64,000 nt of DNA from Candidatus Caenarcanales bacterium (GCA_030065015.1 JASJDU010000002.1:14615-78614), one strand, 5' to 3'. Shown: positions 29,081 to 41,589, counted from the stretch's first letter. Made by a program: numbers and translations. The notes: generated from the sequence alone by a model not told the origin.

Positions 29081-29569
29081 ATGGATACCAATCAAACTCA
29101 AGAGCAAAAGCAACAAAACCAAATTCAATTTAAGTTAATTGAATCAAGACTTTTAGGACCAATGAGCTTATTGGTTCAATCTAATACAGATGATGGAAGC
29201 CCTGCTAAGGGTATTGATCTTATTCTTCCAGCATTCACATGGGCATTAGAAGTAAGGTTATTTCTTCCTGTTCCAGAAAAACTTTTAACAGGAAAAGCAA
29301 CTGAGGGTTATAAAAGGGTAGATGCAGATGTTGAGCAGTTTATATTCTCTCCTCCCACAATGAGGCTTTCAGTGAGATTCCCAGAAAGCTTTTACGAGAA
29401 GTATGCTGAATATATAGATGATAAGACAAACTTCAAGATAATGGCTTATGTATTGGGTTATATTGATCGCTCAATGAATCCTAATGCGGCCGCTCAACAG
29501 CAAAATCAGGAACAAGGTTCTTTAGAAGAATCTAATTCTGAAGAGCAAGTGGCAGAGGCAAGTTCTTAA
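29081..29569 (+). CDS. hypothetical protein with Gln-rich termini
   Basis: Strong RBS (cgAGGAGaaatttttATG). No recognisable domain. Confidence 0.5.
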   Translation: MDTNQTQEQKQQNQIQFKLIESRLLGPMSLLVQSNTDDGSPAKGIDLILPAFTWALEVRLFLPVPEKLLTGKATEGYKRVDADVEQFIFSPPTMRLSVRFPESFYEKYAEYIDDKTNFKIMAYVLGYIDRSMNPNAAAQQQNQEQGSLEESNSEEQVAEASS

Positions 29570-29581
29570 AGAAATATTTCC

Positions 29582-30514
29582 TTAGTTCTTAGAAAATATT
29601 TCTTTCACAAAGTTAGATAATTCAAATTTTTCTAAGTTGTTGATTTTTTCTCCGGTACCAATAAACTTTATTGGTACCTTGAGATTATGTGAAATGGCAA
29701 AGACAATGCCCCCTTTTGCAGAGCCATCAAATTTGGTTAGTATTATTCCTGTTAATTGAGAGACTTCATTGAATGTGACAGCTTGCTGATAGCCATTCTG
29801 TCCAGTATTGGCATCCAGTATTAATAATCTTTCTATTTCAATATTATCCAGAAGGTGTTTGTCAATAACTTTAGAGAGCTTAGACAGCTCATCCATTAAT
29901 GATGCTTTGTTCTGAAGTCTTCCTGCCGTATCGACAATAAGAGCATCGTATTTCTCATTTTGCATTTTTTTTAACGCTTCAAACAGAATTGCATCTGCTT
30001 TTTTTGAGGTTTCTGAAATATAGAAACCTGCATTGGCTCTAGCTGCCCATATCTTTAGTTGATCTGCTGCTGCCGCTCTAAATGTGTCACAGGGGACAAT
30101 TAAGACTTTTTTTCCTTGTTGAAAATATTTATAAGCTAATTTCCCAATAGAAGTGGTTTTACCGACACCGTTTACACCAACAATTAAGGTGACTTTTTTG
30201 CACTGAAAATCGAAATCATTCTTTTGATTTGCTTCTTCTAAGATTTTGATGCAAAGTTCGTTAATTAATTTTTTGCATTGAGATATGGTCAGATTATCTT
30301 GCTCTCTAACTTTGTGAAGAATAAAATCAGCAAACTCAATCCCACAATCTAAACCTAAAAACTTTTCTTCAAGTTCCAATAAGTATTCTTCATCAACTAA
30401 GTTGCTGTTTTCTTCTTCGGTTTCTTTCGGGATTATGTCTTTGGTATCTTGTTCTTGTGTTTCCTTCTGATTACCAAATACTTTTCCAAAAAAATTCTTC
30501 AGCCAAGTCATCAT
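29582..30514 (-). CDS. ftsY: signal recognition particle receptor FtsY
   Basis: Acidic N-terminus, GVNGVGKTTSIGKLA P-loop, DTAGRLQN, and the SRP-GTPase C-terminus. Confidence 0.9.
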   Translation of the reverse strand: MMTWLKNFFGKVFGNQKETQEQDTKDIIPKETEEENSNLVDEEYLLELEEKFLGLDCGIEFADFILHKVREQDNLTISQCKKLINELCIKILEEANQKNDFDFQCKKVTLIVGVNGVGKTTSIGKLAYKYFQQGKKVLIVPCDTFRAAAADQLKIWAARANAGFYISETSKKADAILFEALKKMQNEKYDALIVDTAGRLQNKASLMDELSKLSKVIDKHLLDNIEIERLLILDANTGQNGYQQAVTFNEVSQLTGIILTKFDGSAKGGIVFAISHNLKVPIKFIGTGEKINNLEKFELSNFVKEIFSKN

Positions 30515-30553
30515 CAAATCTAAATAAAGATGACCTTATTATACTGTTATTGA

Positions 30554-31951
30554 TTACAAAGCTTTTAAAAATTCAATGGTGCTCCAAACCCCTCGACCAG
30601 TTGCTCCCGCTTTGTGAAATCCATCATCTTCGTCCAAATAAGCTGTTCCTGCAATATCAAGATGTAGCCACTTTTTCTCGTTAACTAAAAACTCTTTTAG
30701 AAAAATTGCAGCCATTGAAGCGTCAGGTCTTCCATCACATTGAAGGATATCGGCAATGCTACTGTCCAAGTTGCTCCGATACTCTTCAAAAATCGGTAAT
30801 TCCCAAACATTTTCGCCCGTTAATTCGCTTGCTTCTTTAAATTTCTCAATTGTTTCAGCATCATTTGTAAATCCACCGCTTGCAACGATTCCAAGAGTGT
30901 ACACACATGAACCAGTTAAGGTTGCGTAATCAATAATTGTGTCAATTTCTTCTCTTTTGCTTAAATAAGTTAATGCATCTGCTAGAGTCAAACGTCCTTC
31001 TGCATCAGTGTCAACAACCTCTATTGTTTTCCCGCTTAAAGCTTTAATTACATCTCCAGGTTTAAAGGAGCGTTCACTGAAACTATTCTCACAAGCTAAG
31101 ATTAATCCAGTGAGCGGTACTTGAAGTCTTAATTTTGCCGCCGCATTTATGATCCCTATTACGGTCGCAGCTCCGGCCATATCACTTTTCATTCCGTACA
31201 TATAATTGTTTGGCTTCAAAGATAGACCTCCCGTGTCATAAGTTAAGCCTTTACCAATTAATCCAATTCTTTTTTTACTTTTTCTTTGAGGATTGTAATT
31301 AAATTCGATTAAATAAGGTCTATTATCGGAAGCCTGTGCAACTGAGAGGAAAGCGCCCATACCAATCTTGTGAATCTGAGACTCGTTTAGGATTTTCACC
31401 TTTAGATTGGGGATCTCTGAAGTAAGATTCTTGCAAAATTTGGCCAGGATTTCTGGTGTCATTAAGTTTGGAGGCTCATTGACAAGGTCTTTAGTTAATT
31501 GAATCGATTCTAATAGGATTTGCAGTTCTTTGTTCTTGGAATTCTTGAGTAGCGGACTGAAATCAATCTCTTTGACGGATGACTTTCTGTACTTATTAAA
31601 ACTGTAATTTGCTTCGAGTAATGCCAAAAGAACGATTTGCTCTTCAATCTCAGTTTCGGTAGAAAAGTTGGTTTCCGTAATTTTTACATTCTGGCTTTTG
31701 AGAAAATTTATGCTTTTGTGTATAACTTTTCTCAAGCGGGAAACTGACAATTTCTCTTTACCAATACCGACAATTAAGGCATTTTGATCTTTTTCTTTTT
31801 GATGTTGAATGAGAAGCTCCCCATATTCGTATTCTTTGGAAGCTAATAAAGCCCAATTTGCAGTTTTTTTCATAAAAGGTTTTTTGTTTGGAACTAACTT
31901 GAAATTGGTGAGTCCAAAGGTATATGTGTAAAAATTAACAGTAGTTATCAT
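30554..31951 (-). CDS. pepA: leucyl aminopeptidase (M17 family)
   Basis: VDTDAEGRLTLADAL and NTDAEGRL-type signature; the GKG.TYDTGG block. Confidence 0.85.
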   Translation of the reverse strand: MITTVNFYTYTFGLTNFKLVPNKKPFMKKTANWALLASKEYEYGELLIQHQKEKDQNALIVGIGKEKLSVSRLRKVIHKSINFLKSQNVKITETNFSTETEIEEQIVLLALLEANYSFNKYRKSSVKEIDFSPLLKNSKNKELQILLESIQLTKDLVNEPPNLMTPEILAKFCKNLTSEIPNLKVKILNESQIHKIGMGAFLSVAQASDNRPYLIEFNYNPQRKSKKRIGLIGKGLTYDTGGLSLKPNNYMYGMKSDMAGAATVIGIINAAAKLRLQVPLTGLILACENSFSERSFKPGDVIKALSGKTIEVVDTDAEGRLTLADALTYLSKREEIDTIIDYATLTGSCVYTLGIVASGGFTNDAETIEKFKEASELTGENVWELPIFEEYRSNLDSSIADILQCDGRPDASMAAIFLKEFLVNEKKWLHLDIAGTAYLDEDDGFHKAGATGRGVWSTIEFLKAL

Positions 31952-31996
31952 AAATAAAAATACTTCTTTTATCTATAAGGTACGAACATTTCACAA

Positions 31997-32956
31997 GTGA
32001 GCTTTTTTCAAAAAACACAAGACTGGCTAAAATCAAAATCCTGTAAGAGAATTCTCATATCTTGTCCAGAAGAGCTTAATGAAGATGCGCTCTCTTTTTG
32101 TTTTAGTTCAAACAAATTGGCTGATTCTGATAGTGTATTTTGTTTAGATATTCACAGAAGCTCTTCTGAAGAAAGTATTCAAGTTCTTAATGATTGCGAA
32201 TCTTTTATTTTTCAGCCCTCTAGTTGGGAAGAGATTATTCAGTCGGTTCAGGAGGTTGCAGATTATACTCAGATAAAATCCGAGGAAGGTTTATTCTCTA
32301 AAACAACGCTAATACTAAACAATTGGCAAGTTGCAACTTATCTTTTTACTTCGTCCCAAGGTTTAAACGGGATCAACCCAAATGAATTTTTAACGGAACT
32401 CAGGTTTCTCAGCGATAAAGTCAATATTATTCTTTTGAATTCAATTGGCAGTTCTCAGAGGCTAGCAACAAAGCAACAATCTCGACACCATCTATCTTCT
32501 TGGGCTCATCTTGCATTGAATATGCTTGAACAGGACAAACTAGAAGTTGTGAAATCAGCTTTCTTGGATTGGCCGATTGGTAAAGAAATACAATTGGCAA
32601 AATCAAAGCTTTCTCTTGTATCCCATAATCAGAAAAAAGAGATTAATAGTCAAAAATACGAAGTTAATTCTATTGAAAATCTTAGTTTTGGAGATTTCTC
32701 GAATTCTCAAAATGATAGAGAGATAAACACATCTACAGATGAATCTAAAGTATCAATAAAAAACATTGCTTATGACCAACTCGTTTCAAGATTATCTAAC
32801 GCCGAAAATAAACAGCAATTATTGGATGTAAGACAAGAAATTCAATCTCTTTCTGAAAGATTATCTTCTGCAGAGAAAGTTGCATTAAGTGATATTTACA
32901 AAATTAATCTGAATAGAATTAAGCTGATTGAAGAAGCCTCTTTGGAAGTTAGTTGA
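31997..32956 (+). CDS. hypothetical protein
   Basis: 319-aa ORF with a coiled-coil-like C-terminus; no confident family. Confidence 0.4.
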   Translation: MSFFQKTQDWLKSKSCKRILISCPEELNEDALSFCFSSNKLADSDSVFCLDIHRSSSEESIQVLNDCESFIFQPSSWEEIIQSVQEVADYTQIKSEEGLFSKTTLILNNWQVATYLFTSSQGLNGINPNEFLTELRFLSDKVNIILLNSIGSSQRLATKQQSRHHLSSWAHLALNMLEQDKLEVVKSAFLDWPIGKEIQLAKSKLSLVSHNQKKEINSQKYEVNSIENLSFGDFSNSQNDREINTSTDESKVSIKNIAYDQLVSRLSNAENKQQLLDVRQEIQSLSERLSSAEKVALSDIYKINLNRIKLIEEASLEVS

Positions 32957-33084
32957 AAAGAAGATTTTTTGTTTCAATTAAAGAATCAAATATATCTTGT
33001 AATACTACAGATATACTAATATACATCCAAAAATTCTTTTACTACAAATTTTGAATGAAGTTTTCTTGCAAGAAAACTTCATTT

Positions 33085-33498
33085 TTAGCTGAGAAGATTT
33101 CTTAAAGCTTGAATTTGTGCTTGTTCTTTCTCTCTTTGGCTCATTATAGAATTTAATTGCTTTGTTAGAGATCTATTCAATTCTATTAAGTGAGAATAGT
33201 CTTGGCAAACTTTTTCAAACATTTCAGATTTCCTAACTAAGTTAGCCATTTCTTGTCTAAGTTCAAAGTTCTCATTCCGTAAAGAACCTAGTTCATCTGC
33301 CAAAAATAAGATTTGTTCTCTTTGCTCTTCAATAACTTTCTCAGAATCAGTTTTATGTGAATCAAATAAAGGTAGTGTTGATTCTGTTGCTTGCCATAAT
33401 CCTTCGAACCCTTCAAGATTAAGCGTTTGTTGAAGATGTTCCTCTTGATAAAAATACTCTTCGGAATCATCAGCTAAATTACTATAAAAAGAAGACAA
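33085..33498 (-). CDS. coiled-coil protein, unknown function
   Basis: Acidic N-terminus followed by heptad-like repeats. Not an ATP synthase epsilon subunit. Confidence 0.4.
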   Translation of the reverse strand: MSSFYSNLADDSEEYFYQEEHLQQTLNLEGFEGLWQATESTLPLFDSHKTDSEKVIEEQREQILFLADELGSLRNENFELRQEMANLVRKSEMFEKVCQDYSHLIELNRSLTKQLNSIMSQREKEQAQIQALRNLLS

Positions 33499-33598
33499 AT
33501 TTAATAACCTAATTAAAACAATACTTTAATTTTATTTTTTAGTAATTATTTTTGTCAACGAGTGATACTTAACAAGTTGGTAACAATTTTTGGTTCTA

Positions 33599-35110
<1,512 letters not shown>

Positions 35111-36346
35111 TTACCTTTGCATGTATTGTTGAATTTTGGAAACTTCTTTTGCATCAACAATTGGATTGAGCATCTTAATATATTCACGGTAGAAAAACTT
35201 TGAGATTTTTTCATGCTTTTCAGCATTCCTAAGATTTTTTCTTAATGTGATATTGCCTTTATTGTGATTATGTTTAACTAGGTTATCGTAGCCTTTCATT
35301 AAGTCATGATGAATATTTGCTTTCATTAAAAATAAGTCTTTCAAATCATTCGAGTCATAAAAGACTTTCATTAGCCAAATACAAAAAGTCGATAATGGTT
35401 TTGGGAAATATGCTAAAGGCAATTGGTGAAGTATAAAGGTTGCAAGGTTTGGCTTAATTAATGTTTCTATTACTGCAAATGAAGAAATATAACCTAAAGA
35501 TAGAGGAAGTAGCTCTGAAAAGCCATTAAATAAATGCTCTTTTACTTCGTTAGCTTTCTTCCGAAATTTGTTTGATGTTTTATGTAAGTTATTTTTGAGT
35601 ACTTCTTTCTCTTTTTCAAAATTTACGTTTTTCTTTCTAAGTATCCCTATTAATGTGAACTCAAGTGCTCCAATAATTGGTGCAAATAATAAACTCAAAA
35701 TATGCGCCGTTATTTCAAAGCTTATGTGATAGCTCGTATGATTTAAATCTATTTTTTTTACTAGCGATTTAAGTAAATTAATTACGTAATTCGGATTGTG
35801 TTGTTTACTACCTTTGTTACAAACAGGACAGAACTGATCTCCTATAATACCCAGAAGCTCTGCGCTAAGAATTTCACCACGTATGTTATTTAATTCTTGA
35901 AACATTTTTGCAGCTAAATCAGAGTAATTCTCTGCTTCTTTATAAATGCTTTTGATTTGCTCCGGTTTTGAGTTGCTAAATTCGATCATCTTTGCCTTTA
36001 GATAAAAACTTTTCCCATAAAGGAAATATGTTTTAGCCAAAATATTTGATCTCTCTCCTTTTAAAAGAGTTATTTGATTTTTGAGCTTGTTCTGGAAAAT
36101 CTCTATATTTTCAAGATTTTTTTCTATTTCATTTGAATATTCTTTATGGCTCTCATTTCTCTCAATCTCTGCAGTTTGGTTCCAAATTTTGTCTAATAAA
36201 TGTTCTGCATCGTAAAGCAGTTGTAGTTGGTTTCTTTTATGATCTGGTATGAAACCTTGGATAGTGGAGGAACTAGAGTTGAATTTACTGGGATTATTTG
36301 TATTACCAAGCCGATATTGAATAGCTGATTTTAGAACTTTTAGCAA
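35111..36346 (-). CDS. hypothetical membrane-associated protein
   Basis: TTG start with an AAGG RBS; two hydrophobic stretches in the middle; no motifs. Confidence 0.4.
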   Translation of the reverse strand: MLKVLKSAIQYRLGNTNNPSKFNSSSSTIQGFIPDHKRNQLQLLYDAEHLLDKIWNQTAEIERNESHKEYSNEIEKNLENIEIFQNKLKNQITLLKGERSNILAKTYFLYGKSFYLKAKMIEFSNSKPEQIKSIYKEAENYSDLAAKMFQELNNIRGEILSAELLGIIGDQFCPVCNKGSKQHNPNYVINLLKSLVKKIDLNHTSYHISFEITAHILSLLFAPIIGALEFTLIGILRKKNVNFEKEKEVLKNNLHKTSNKFRKKANEVKEHLFNGFSELLPLSLGYISSFAVIETLIKPNLATFILHQLPLAYFPKPLSTFCIWLMKVFYDSNDLKDLFLMKANIHHDLMKGYDNLVKHNHNKGNITLRKNLRNAEKHEKISKFFYREYIKMLNPIVDAKEVSKIQQYMQR

Positions 36347-36516
36347 AACCTAAGAACCTTAATAAATTTATTGAAGATTTATTTATGAATGAATATTAAA
36401 AATGCGTAAGTACTAGTATATGTTTTTTATCTTTTTAATCTGTAAATTATTAATAAAAGATTATTTAATTCACCGCTTTTTGTTGAGATGTTTTTAATAA
36501 GCTTATTTAGTGTTGG

Positions 36517-36529
36517 ATGTTTGAAACAT
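36517..36529. promoter_or_regulatory. 13-nt palindrome ATGTTTgAAACAT in a divergent promoter region, about 80 nt upstream of the acetyl-CoA synthetase gene
   Basis: Read directly from the sequence; candidate operator. Confidence 0.2.
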
Positions 36530-36608
36530 AATAATTTGGGTCTATTTATATATTGGACTTTAGTTATTCTTAGATCAGAAGTATTTCCCATAAATTTTTT
36601 TAACAAAT

Positions 36609-38732
36609 ATGGATAATAGGATTCATAAAATTTTTAACCCTTCGTCAGTCGCAGTTGTTGGTGCAAGTGATAGGCAGGAAACCGTTGGTTATGCTGTTCT
36701 ACACAACCTTATAACAATGGGTTTCGAAGGTGTTTGTTATCCCATAAATCCAAAACGCCACTCTGTAATGGGAATTCGTTGTTATCCTTCAGTAACATCA
36801 ATTGGTGAAACAGTTGATTTAGCTGTTATTGCGACTCCGGCAAAGACAGTACCTAGTTTGATTGAAGAATGTGGAAACCTTGGGATTAAATCAGTAATCA
36901 TAATAACGTCGGGGTTTGGTGAAATTGGCGAAGAAGGATTGAATTTACAAAATGAAATAGAACAACTTCGTAGAAAATACGAAATGAGGATTATTGGACC
37001 AAATTGCCTTGGAGTAATTAATCCATGGATTAACTTTAATGCCAGCTTTGCTGGTAAAAGCCCTCAAATTGGAAAGGTTGGTTTTATTTCTCAAAGTGGT
37101 GCTTTGTGTACTTCAATCTTGGACTGGGCAATTATGCATAATATTGGCTTCAGTAATTTTGTTTCCATTGGCTCAATGATGGATATAGAATTTGCCGATT
37201 TAATTGAGTACTTTGATAATGATGAAAAAACTGAAAGTATAATCCTTTATATTGAATCAATTAAAAAGCCTGACGAATTTATAAAAGCAGCTCGGAAATT
37301 CACTTCAAAAAAGCCAATTTTTGCAATTAAATCCGGTCGTTTTGAAGAGGGTAGTTTGGCAGCCGCTTCTCACACGGGAGCTTTGGCTGGATCGGACGAT
37401 GTCTATGATGCCGCTCTTGAGAGGGCCGGAATAGTCCGTGTTACAAAAGTGGAAGACTTAATTAATGTTGCTCAGTCTCTATCAATGCAGGGCTTGCCTA
37501 AAGATAATAGACTTTGTATTGTTACCAACGCTGGTGGTCCTGGTGTTATTTCCACTGATGCTTTGGTTGAACGTGGAGGTGTTTTAGCTAAGCTCTCTGA
37601 TAAAACAATGGACTCTTTAAATGAAGCTTTGCCATCATTCTGGAGTCATAATAATCCGGTTGATGTCCTTGGAGATTCTAGAGCTGAGCGTTATGAGAAA
37701 GCTGTTGAGATCTGCATGCAAGATGAAAACTCTGATGGGTTGATGGTCATATTCACCCCTCAAGCGATGTCAGAGCCGGTTGCAACTGCTAGAGCTATAG
37801 CCAGAATTGCAAAACGTTACAATAAGCCGATATTTACTTCTTGGATGGGAGCAGAATATGTAACGGAGGGGGTTAAGCTGTTATTAAAAAATGGCATTCC
37901 CAGTTATCCAACACCAGAACCTGCAATTGACGCGTTCGCTTTAATGCATAAGTACCTGGCTCTCCGAAATAACCTAGCGGAATCTAGTAAGGTGGACATC
38001 TCTAAAATTCAGAGTCCTTCTGGTGAAATAGTCCAGAAGTGTAAGTCTTTAATAAAGGATATAAAAAGTAAAAATGAGCGCAATTTTCTCAATGAGATTG
38101 AAACGAAAGCTTTATTGGAGGAATATGGAATCCCAACAACTAAAACACAATTAGCTCAAAATCCTTCTGAGGCTGCAAATATCGCGAAAGATATTGGGTT
38201 CCCAGTAGTTCTGAAGATTCAGTCTCCTCATATATTGCATAAGACGGATGCAGGTGGCGTGATGCTTAATTTGATAACTGAAGAAGGTGTCAAAAAAGCA
38301 TTTGAACAGATTATTGAAAATGCCAAAAATTACAATGAAAAAGCTTCAATTGAAGGAGTAACCGTACAGAAAATGGTTAGTTTATCCGGTGGCTTTGAAT
38401 TGATAATCGGTTTGAAGAAGGATCCAATCTGGGGCCCTGCCATTGTATTTGGTTCTGGAGGTGTTAATGTTGAGTTGTTAAAGGATAAATCGATTTCATT
38501 GCTACCTTTAAATAAGTTTTTTGCTAAGCAGGCCATAGAAAAGACAAGAATTTATGAACTGCTAAAAGGTTATAGAGGTCAGGAAGGGGCAGATATAGAT
38601 TATCTTGAAAGTATTTTGGTTAATTTTTCTCAGCTTGTAACCGATTTCCCTGAAATTGAGGAGATCGATATAAACCCATTAACTATTCTCGGTAAACAAG
38701 CCTTTGCTTTAGATGCCAGAGTTATAGTTTAG
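36609..38732 (+). CDS. acetyl-CoA synthetase (ADP-forming), fused alpha/beta (NDP-forming acyl-CoA synthetase family)
   Basis: CoA-binding N-terminus (VAVVGAS), a succinyl-CoA-synthetase-like ligase domain, and a C-terminal ATP-grasp. 707 aa. Confidence 0.85.
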   Translation: MDNRIHKIFNPSSVAVVGASDRQETVGYAVLHNLITMGFEGVCYPINPKRHSVMGIRCYPSVTSIGETVDLAVIATPAKTVPSLIEECGNLGIKSVIIITSGFGEIGEEGLNLQNEIEQLRRKYEMRIIGPNCLGVINPWINFNASFAGKSPQIGKVGFISQSGALCTSILDWAIMHNIGFSNFVSIGSMMDIEFADLIEYFDNDEKTESIILYIESIKKPDEFIKAARKFTSKKPIFAIKSGRFEEGSLAAASHTGALAGSDDVYDAALERAGIVRVTKVEDLINVAQSLSMQGLPKDNRLCIVTNAGGPGVISTDALVERGGVLAKLSDKTMDSLNEALPSFWSHNNPVDVLGDSRAERYEKAVEICMQDENSDGLMVIFTPQAMSEPVATARAIARIAKRYNKPIFTSWMGAEYVTEGVKLLLKNGIPSYPTPEPAIDAFALMHKYLALRNNLAESSKVDISKIQSPSGEIVQKCKSLIKDIKSKNERNFLNEIETKALLEEYGIPTTKTQLAQNPSEAANIAKDIGFPVVLKIQSPHILHKTDAGGVMLNLITEEGVKKAFEQIIENAKNYNEKASIEGVTVQKMVSLSGGFELIIGLKKDPIWGPAIVFGSGGVNVELLKDKSISLLPLNKFFAKQAIEKTRIYELLKGYRGQEGADIDYLESILVNFSQLVTDFPEIEEIDINPLTILGKQAFALDARVIV

Positions 38733-38776
38733 TTTGATTATGACAATTGAATCCTATACATAATCTTCAGTACAAA

Positions 38777-40138
38777 CTACTGAGGCGGATTATCTTTATT
38801 GGACTCGCTGCCTTCTTGAGAATTGTCGTTATTTTCATCTTTTTGTGTTATTGGAAATACTCTAACTTGCTTAATGTTTCTTTCATCGGCTTTTTCTACT
38901 TTAAAGCTCCACTGGTTGTGTATAACTTCATCTCCAATTTTAGGCTCACGTCCGATTAACCCAAAAACAAATCCGCCAATCGTATCGAAATGTTCATCAG
39001 TTAAGTCGAAATCTATTTGTTGATTTACGTCATTGATCGGTACTCTTCCTTCTATTAAATATCCACCGTCCTCAATTTCAATAATTGGTTCTTCCAAAAA
39101 TTCATCTTCATCTTGAATGTCTCCTACTAATTCTTCAATGATATCTTCAAGCGTTACTAATCCGTCTGTTCCGCCGAATTCATCCATAACAATGGCAATT
39201 TGAACTCTATCTCTCTTAAATTCAGTGAGAAGATCTGCAATGGGTTTGCTTTCTGGGACTTTCTTTATCGGACGAGCCATGCTGTGAACAATGAAATCGT
39301 CTTTCTTGTTAGCTAAAGCCCTCAGTAAATCTGTGGAATGAACAACTCCCACTATGTTGTCTATATTTTGGTCGAATACTGGAAGTTTTGAGACTTTGTG
39401 TTCAGTAACAATCTCTACTGCTTGTGCAATTGTAGAATTGCAGTCAACTCCTACAATCTCAATTCTGGGGGTCATAACTTCTCTAACAACTGTGTCATTG
39501 AATTCAAAAACTTTATTGAACATTTCTTGCTCTGAACGTTCAATTACGCCTTCCTTCTGACTTTCTCTGACCAGAAACTTTATTTCATCCTCTGAGTAAG
39601 CGAGTATAACTTTATTGCTAGGTGAAATACCTAGTAATTTTAAAAAACTGTTTGCTGAATTGTTTAAAACCCAAACTAATGGTTTGGTTAAACGATAAGA
39701 CCAATCCAGGGGCAAAATAGTTGCTAGTGCAATTTGTTCAGGGTGTTGAAGAGCAAGGGTCTTTGGAATGAATTCTCCTAAAACTACATGTAAGTATGTT
39801 GCTATAACAATTGCAAAGAAAAAGGAAATTGGATGTAATAAAAATTCAGGGGTGTTCAATGCCGTGAGTAATGGTTCAAAAATTCTTGCAAAAAATATTT
39901 CTGCAAAGGCTCCCAAAATCAAGCTAGCAATAGTTATTCCGACTTGAGCCGCTGAAATGTAGTCATTGAGATGATTAATGGCTTTTAATAGTAATTTATG
40001 TATAAAGCCGCCAGAATTAGCTAAGCTTTCAACTTTTGAGTGCCTGCAGCGGGCTAAGGAGAATTCTGCCGCAACATAAAGACCGTTAAGTAATATTGAG
40101 ATAACTATTAGAGTAATTTGAATTGTCAATTCAATCAT
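38777..40138 (-). CDS. CNNM/CorC-HlyC family transporter-associated protein (DUF21 + CBS pair + CorC_HlyC)
   Basis: N-terminal 4-TM DUF21, a CBS pair (VREVMTPR...), and a C-terminal transporter-associated domain. Confidence 0.85.
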   Translation of the reverse strand: MIELTIQITLIVISILLNGLYVAAEFSLARCRHSKVESLANSGGFIHKLLLKAINHLNDYISAAQVGITIASLILGAFAEIFFARIFEPLLTALNTPEFLLHPISFFFAIVIATYLHVVLGEFIPKTLALQHPEQIALATILPLDWSYRLTKPLVWVLNNSANSFLKLLGISPSNKVILAYSEDEIKFLVRESQKEGVIERSEQEMFNKVFEFNDTVVREVMTPRIEIVGVDCNSTIAQAVEIVTEHKVSKLPVFDQNIDNIVGVVHSTDLLRALANKKDDFIVHSMARPIKKVPESKPIADLLTEFKRDRVQIAIVMDEFGGTDGLVTLEDIIEELVGDIQDEDEFLEEPIIEIEDGGYLIEGRVPINDVNQQIDFDLTDEHFDTIGGFVFGLIGREPKIGDEVIHNQWSFKVEKADERNIKQVRVFPITQKDENNDNSQEGSESNKDNPPQ

Positions 40139-40428
40139 GGTTATTTAATACCTATATAAATTGAATTGACTTGTGAAAATCTTTTCTTGACTGAGAAGTC
40201 TTGAAGACAGCTGTAATAGAGGTATCTTGTGATTGTGAAGTACCTACTATCAGGGTCAGGTGAATCAGGGCTTTTGCTTGACAATCTTTAAAAAGTAAAT
40301 GTTTTCGTAAATATTTAAAATAATAATACCACAAAATGGTACCTTAACCAACTGATATCAAAGTCCTAGACTAGATGATCGATAATTTACTCTTTACAAT
40401 TCTAGAAAACTTTCAAAGCCAACATTAC

Positions 40429-41403
40429 TTATTCTTCTAAAGACTCAAGGAACGTAATTGCTTGAGTAGCAGCTAAGGAACCGTCTGCGGCAGCCGTGAC
40501 AGCTTGCCTGAGAGGTGTCACTCGAACGTCTCCTGCCGCATACACACCACTAATATTAGTTTCTAGTTTGTCGTTGGTTATAATCCTGTTGCCTTCGTCA
40601 AGAGATATTTGATTTTTAAAGAGTTCAACGTTTGGTTCCAATCCAACATATATGAAAACTCCGTCACAAGATAGTTCGGACATTTCATCATTCTTAACGT
40701 TTTTTAGCTTAACTTTTGTAACACCTAGAGGATCTCCTCCTATCTCTTCAACAACTGTGTTCCAAATGAATTCTATTTTTGGATTATTCATCGCTCTTTC
40801 TTGAATAATCTTCTCTGCTCTGAGAGTGTTTCTACGGTGAATGAGTGTTACTTTATTAGCGTATCTTGTGAGAAAATTCCCTTCTTCAACTGCGGCACTA
40901 CCTCCTCCCACGACTACTACATGTTTATTCTTGAAAAAAGCACCATCGCAAACTGCACAATAACTTACACCTTTGCCGGCATATTCTTTCTCTCCTGGTA
41001 CTCCTAGTTTTCTGTGCTCTGAGCCGGTGGCTAGAACAATAGATTTTCCAAGAAATTCTCCTTGATCTGTTTTTAAGACTTTCGGTTGTGCTGTTAAATC
41101 AGCTTCGTAAATTGTAGTTAAGTTTTGAAATTGAGAACCAAATCTTTTGGCATGTTCTACCATCATCTCAGCAATTTCTGGACCAGTTTTTTCATCGATT
41201 CCAGGGTAGTTTTCTACTTCTTCTGTATTGTTGAGTTCTCCTCCGGGCAGTCCTTTATCTAACACCAGCGTTGATATGTTTCCTCTAGCACCATAAAGTG
41301 CCGCTGAAAGACCGGCAGGCCCTCCTCCAATAATTATTAGATCATAGATAGTTGTCTTGTTTTCTGCTTTATTTGTCTCTAGAACTTTTGTGTTGTTACT
41401 CAT
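40429..41403 (-). CDS. trxB: thioredoxin-disulfide reductase
   Basis: GGGPAG FAD-binding site, CAVCDG redox-active site, GGGSAAVEEG NADPH-binding site. Confidence 0.9.
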   Translation of the reverse strand: MSNNTKVLETNKAENKTTIYDLIIIGGGPAGLSAALYGARGNISTLVLDKGLPGGELNNTEEVENYPGIDEKTGPEIAEMMVEHAKRFGSQFQNLTTIYEADLTAQPKVLKTDQGEFLGKSIVLATGSEHRKLGVPGEKEYAGKGVSYCAVCDGAFFKNKHVVVVGGGSAAVEEGNFLTRYANKVTLIHRRNTLRAEKIIQERAMNNPKIEFIWNTVVEEIGGDPLGVTKVKLKNVKNDEMSELSCDGVFIYVGLEPNVELFKNQISLDEGNRIITNDKLETNISGVYAAGDVRVTPLRQAVTAAADGSLAATQAITFLESLEE

Positions 41404-41465
41404 TTTTTAGGCGACTTTAATATTTTAAAAAAGGTTATAAGAAAGTTTATACTTCGATAAGTAAT

Positions 41466-41494
41466 TTGACTATATAAAAGTGGACATCAATAAT
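41466..41494 (+). promoter_or_regulatory. putative sigma-70-type promoter (TTGACT-17 nt-AATAAT) for the downstream radical SAM gene
   Basis: Sequence match only, about 95 nt upstream of the ATG at 41590. Confidence 0.25.
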
Positions 41495-41589
41495 ATCTTC
41501 AAGAGTTTACATCTTAATTGCACTTTGTAAATTCATAATTATTGTATTGATTATAAAATTTATTTATAAATTTAAAGATTCACAAAATT

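Noticed and set aside
33085-33498. Possible ATP synthase epsilon subunit downstream of atpD
   Set aside because: The sequence is an acidic coiled-coil without the epsilon N-terminal beta-sandwich signature.
40139-40428. 290-nt intergenic region screened for tRNA or ncRNA (including the 60-aa ORF 40152..40334)
   Set aside because: No cloverleaf-compatible sequence or conserved ncRNA motif recognisable by eye. The short ORF has no RBS and a low-complexity product.
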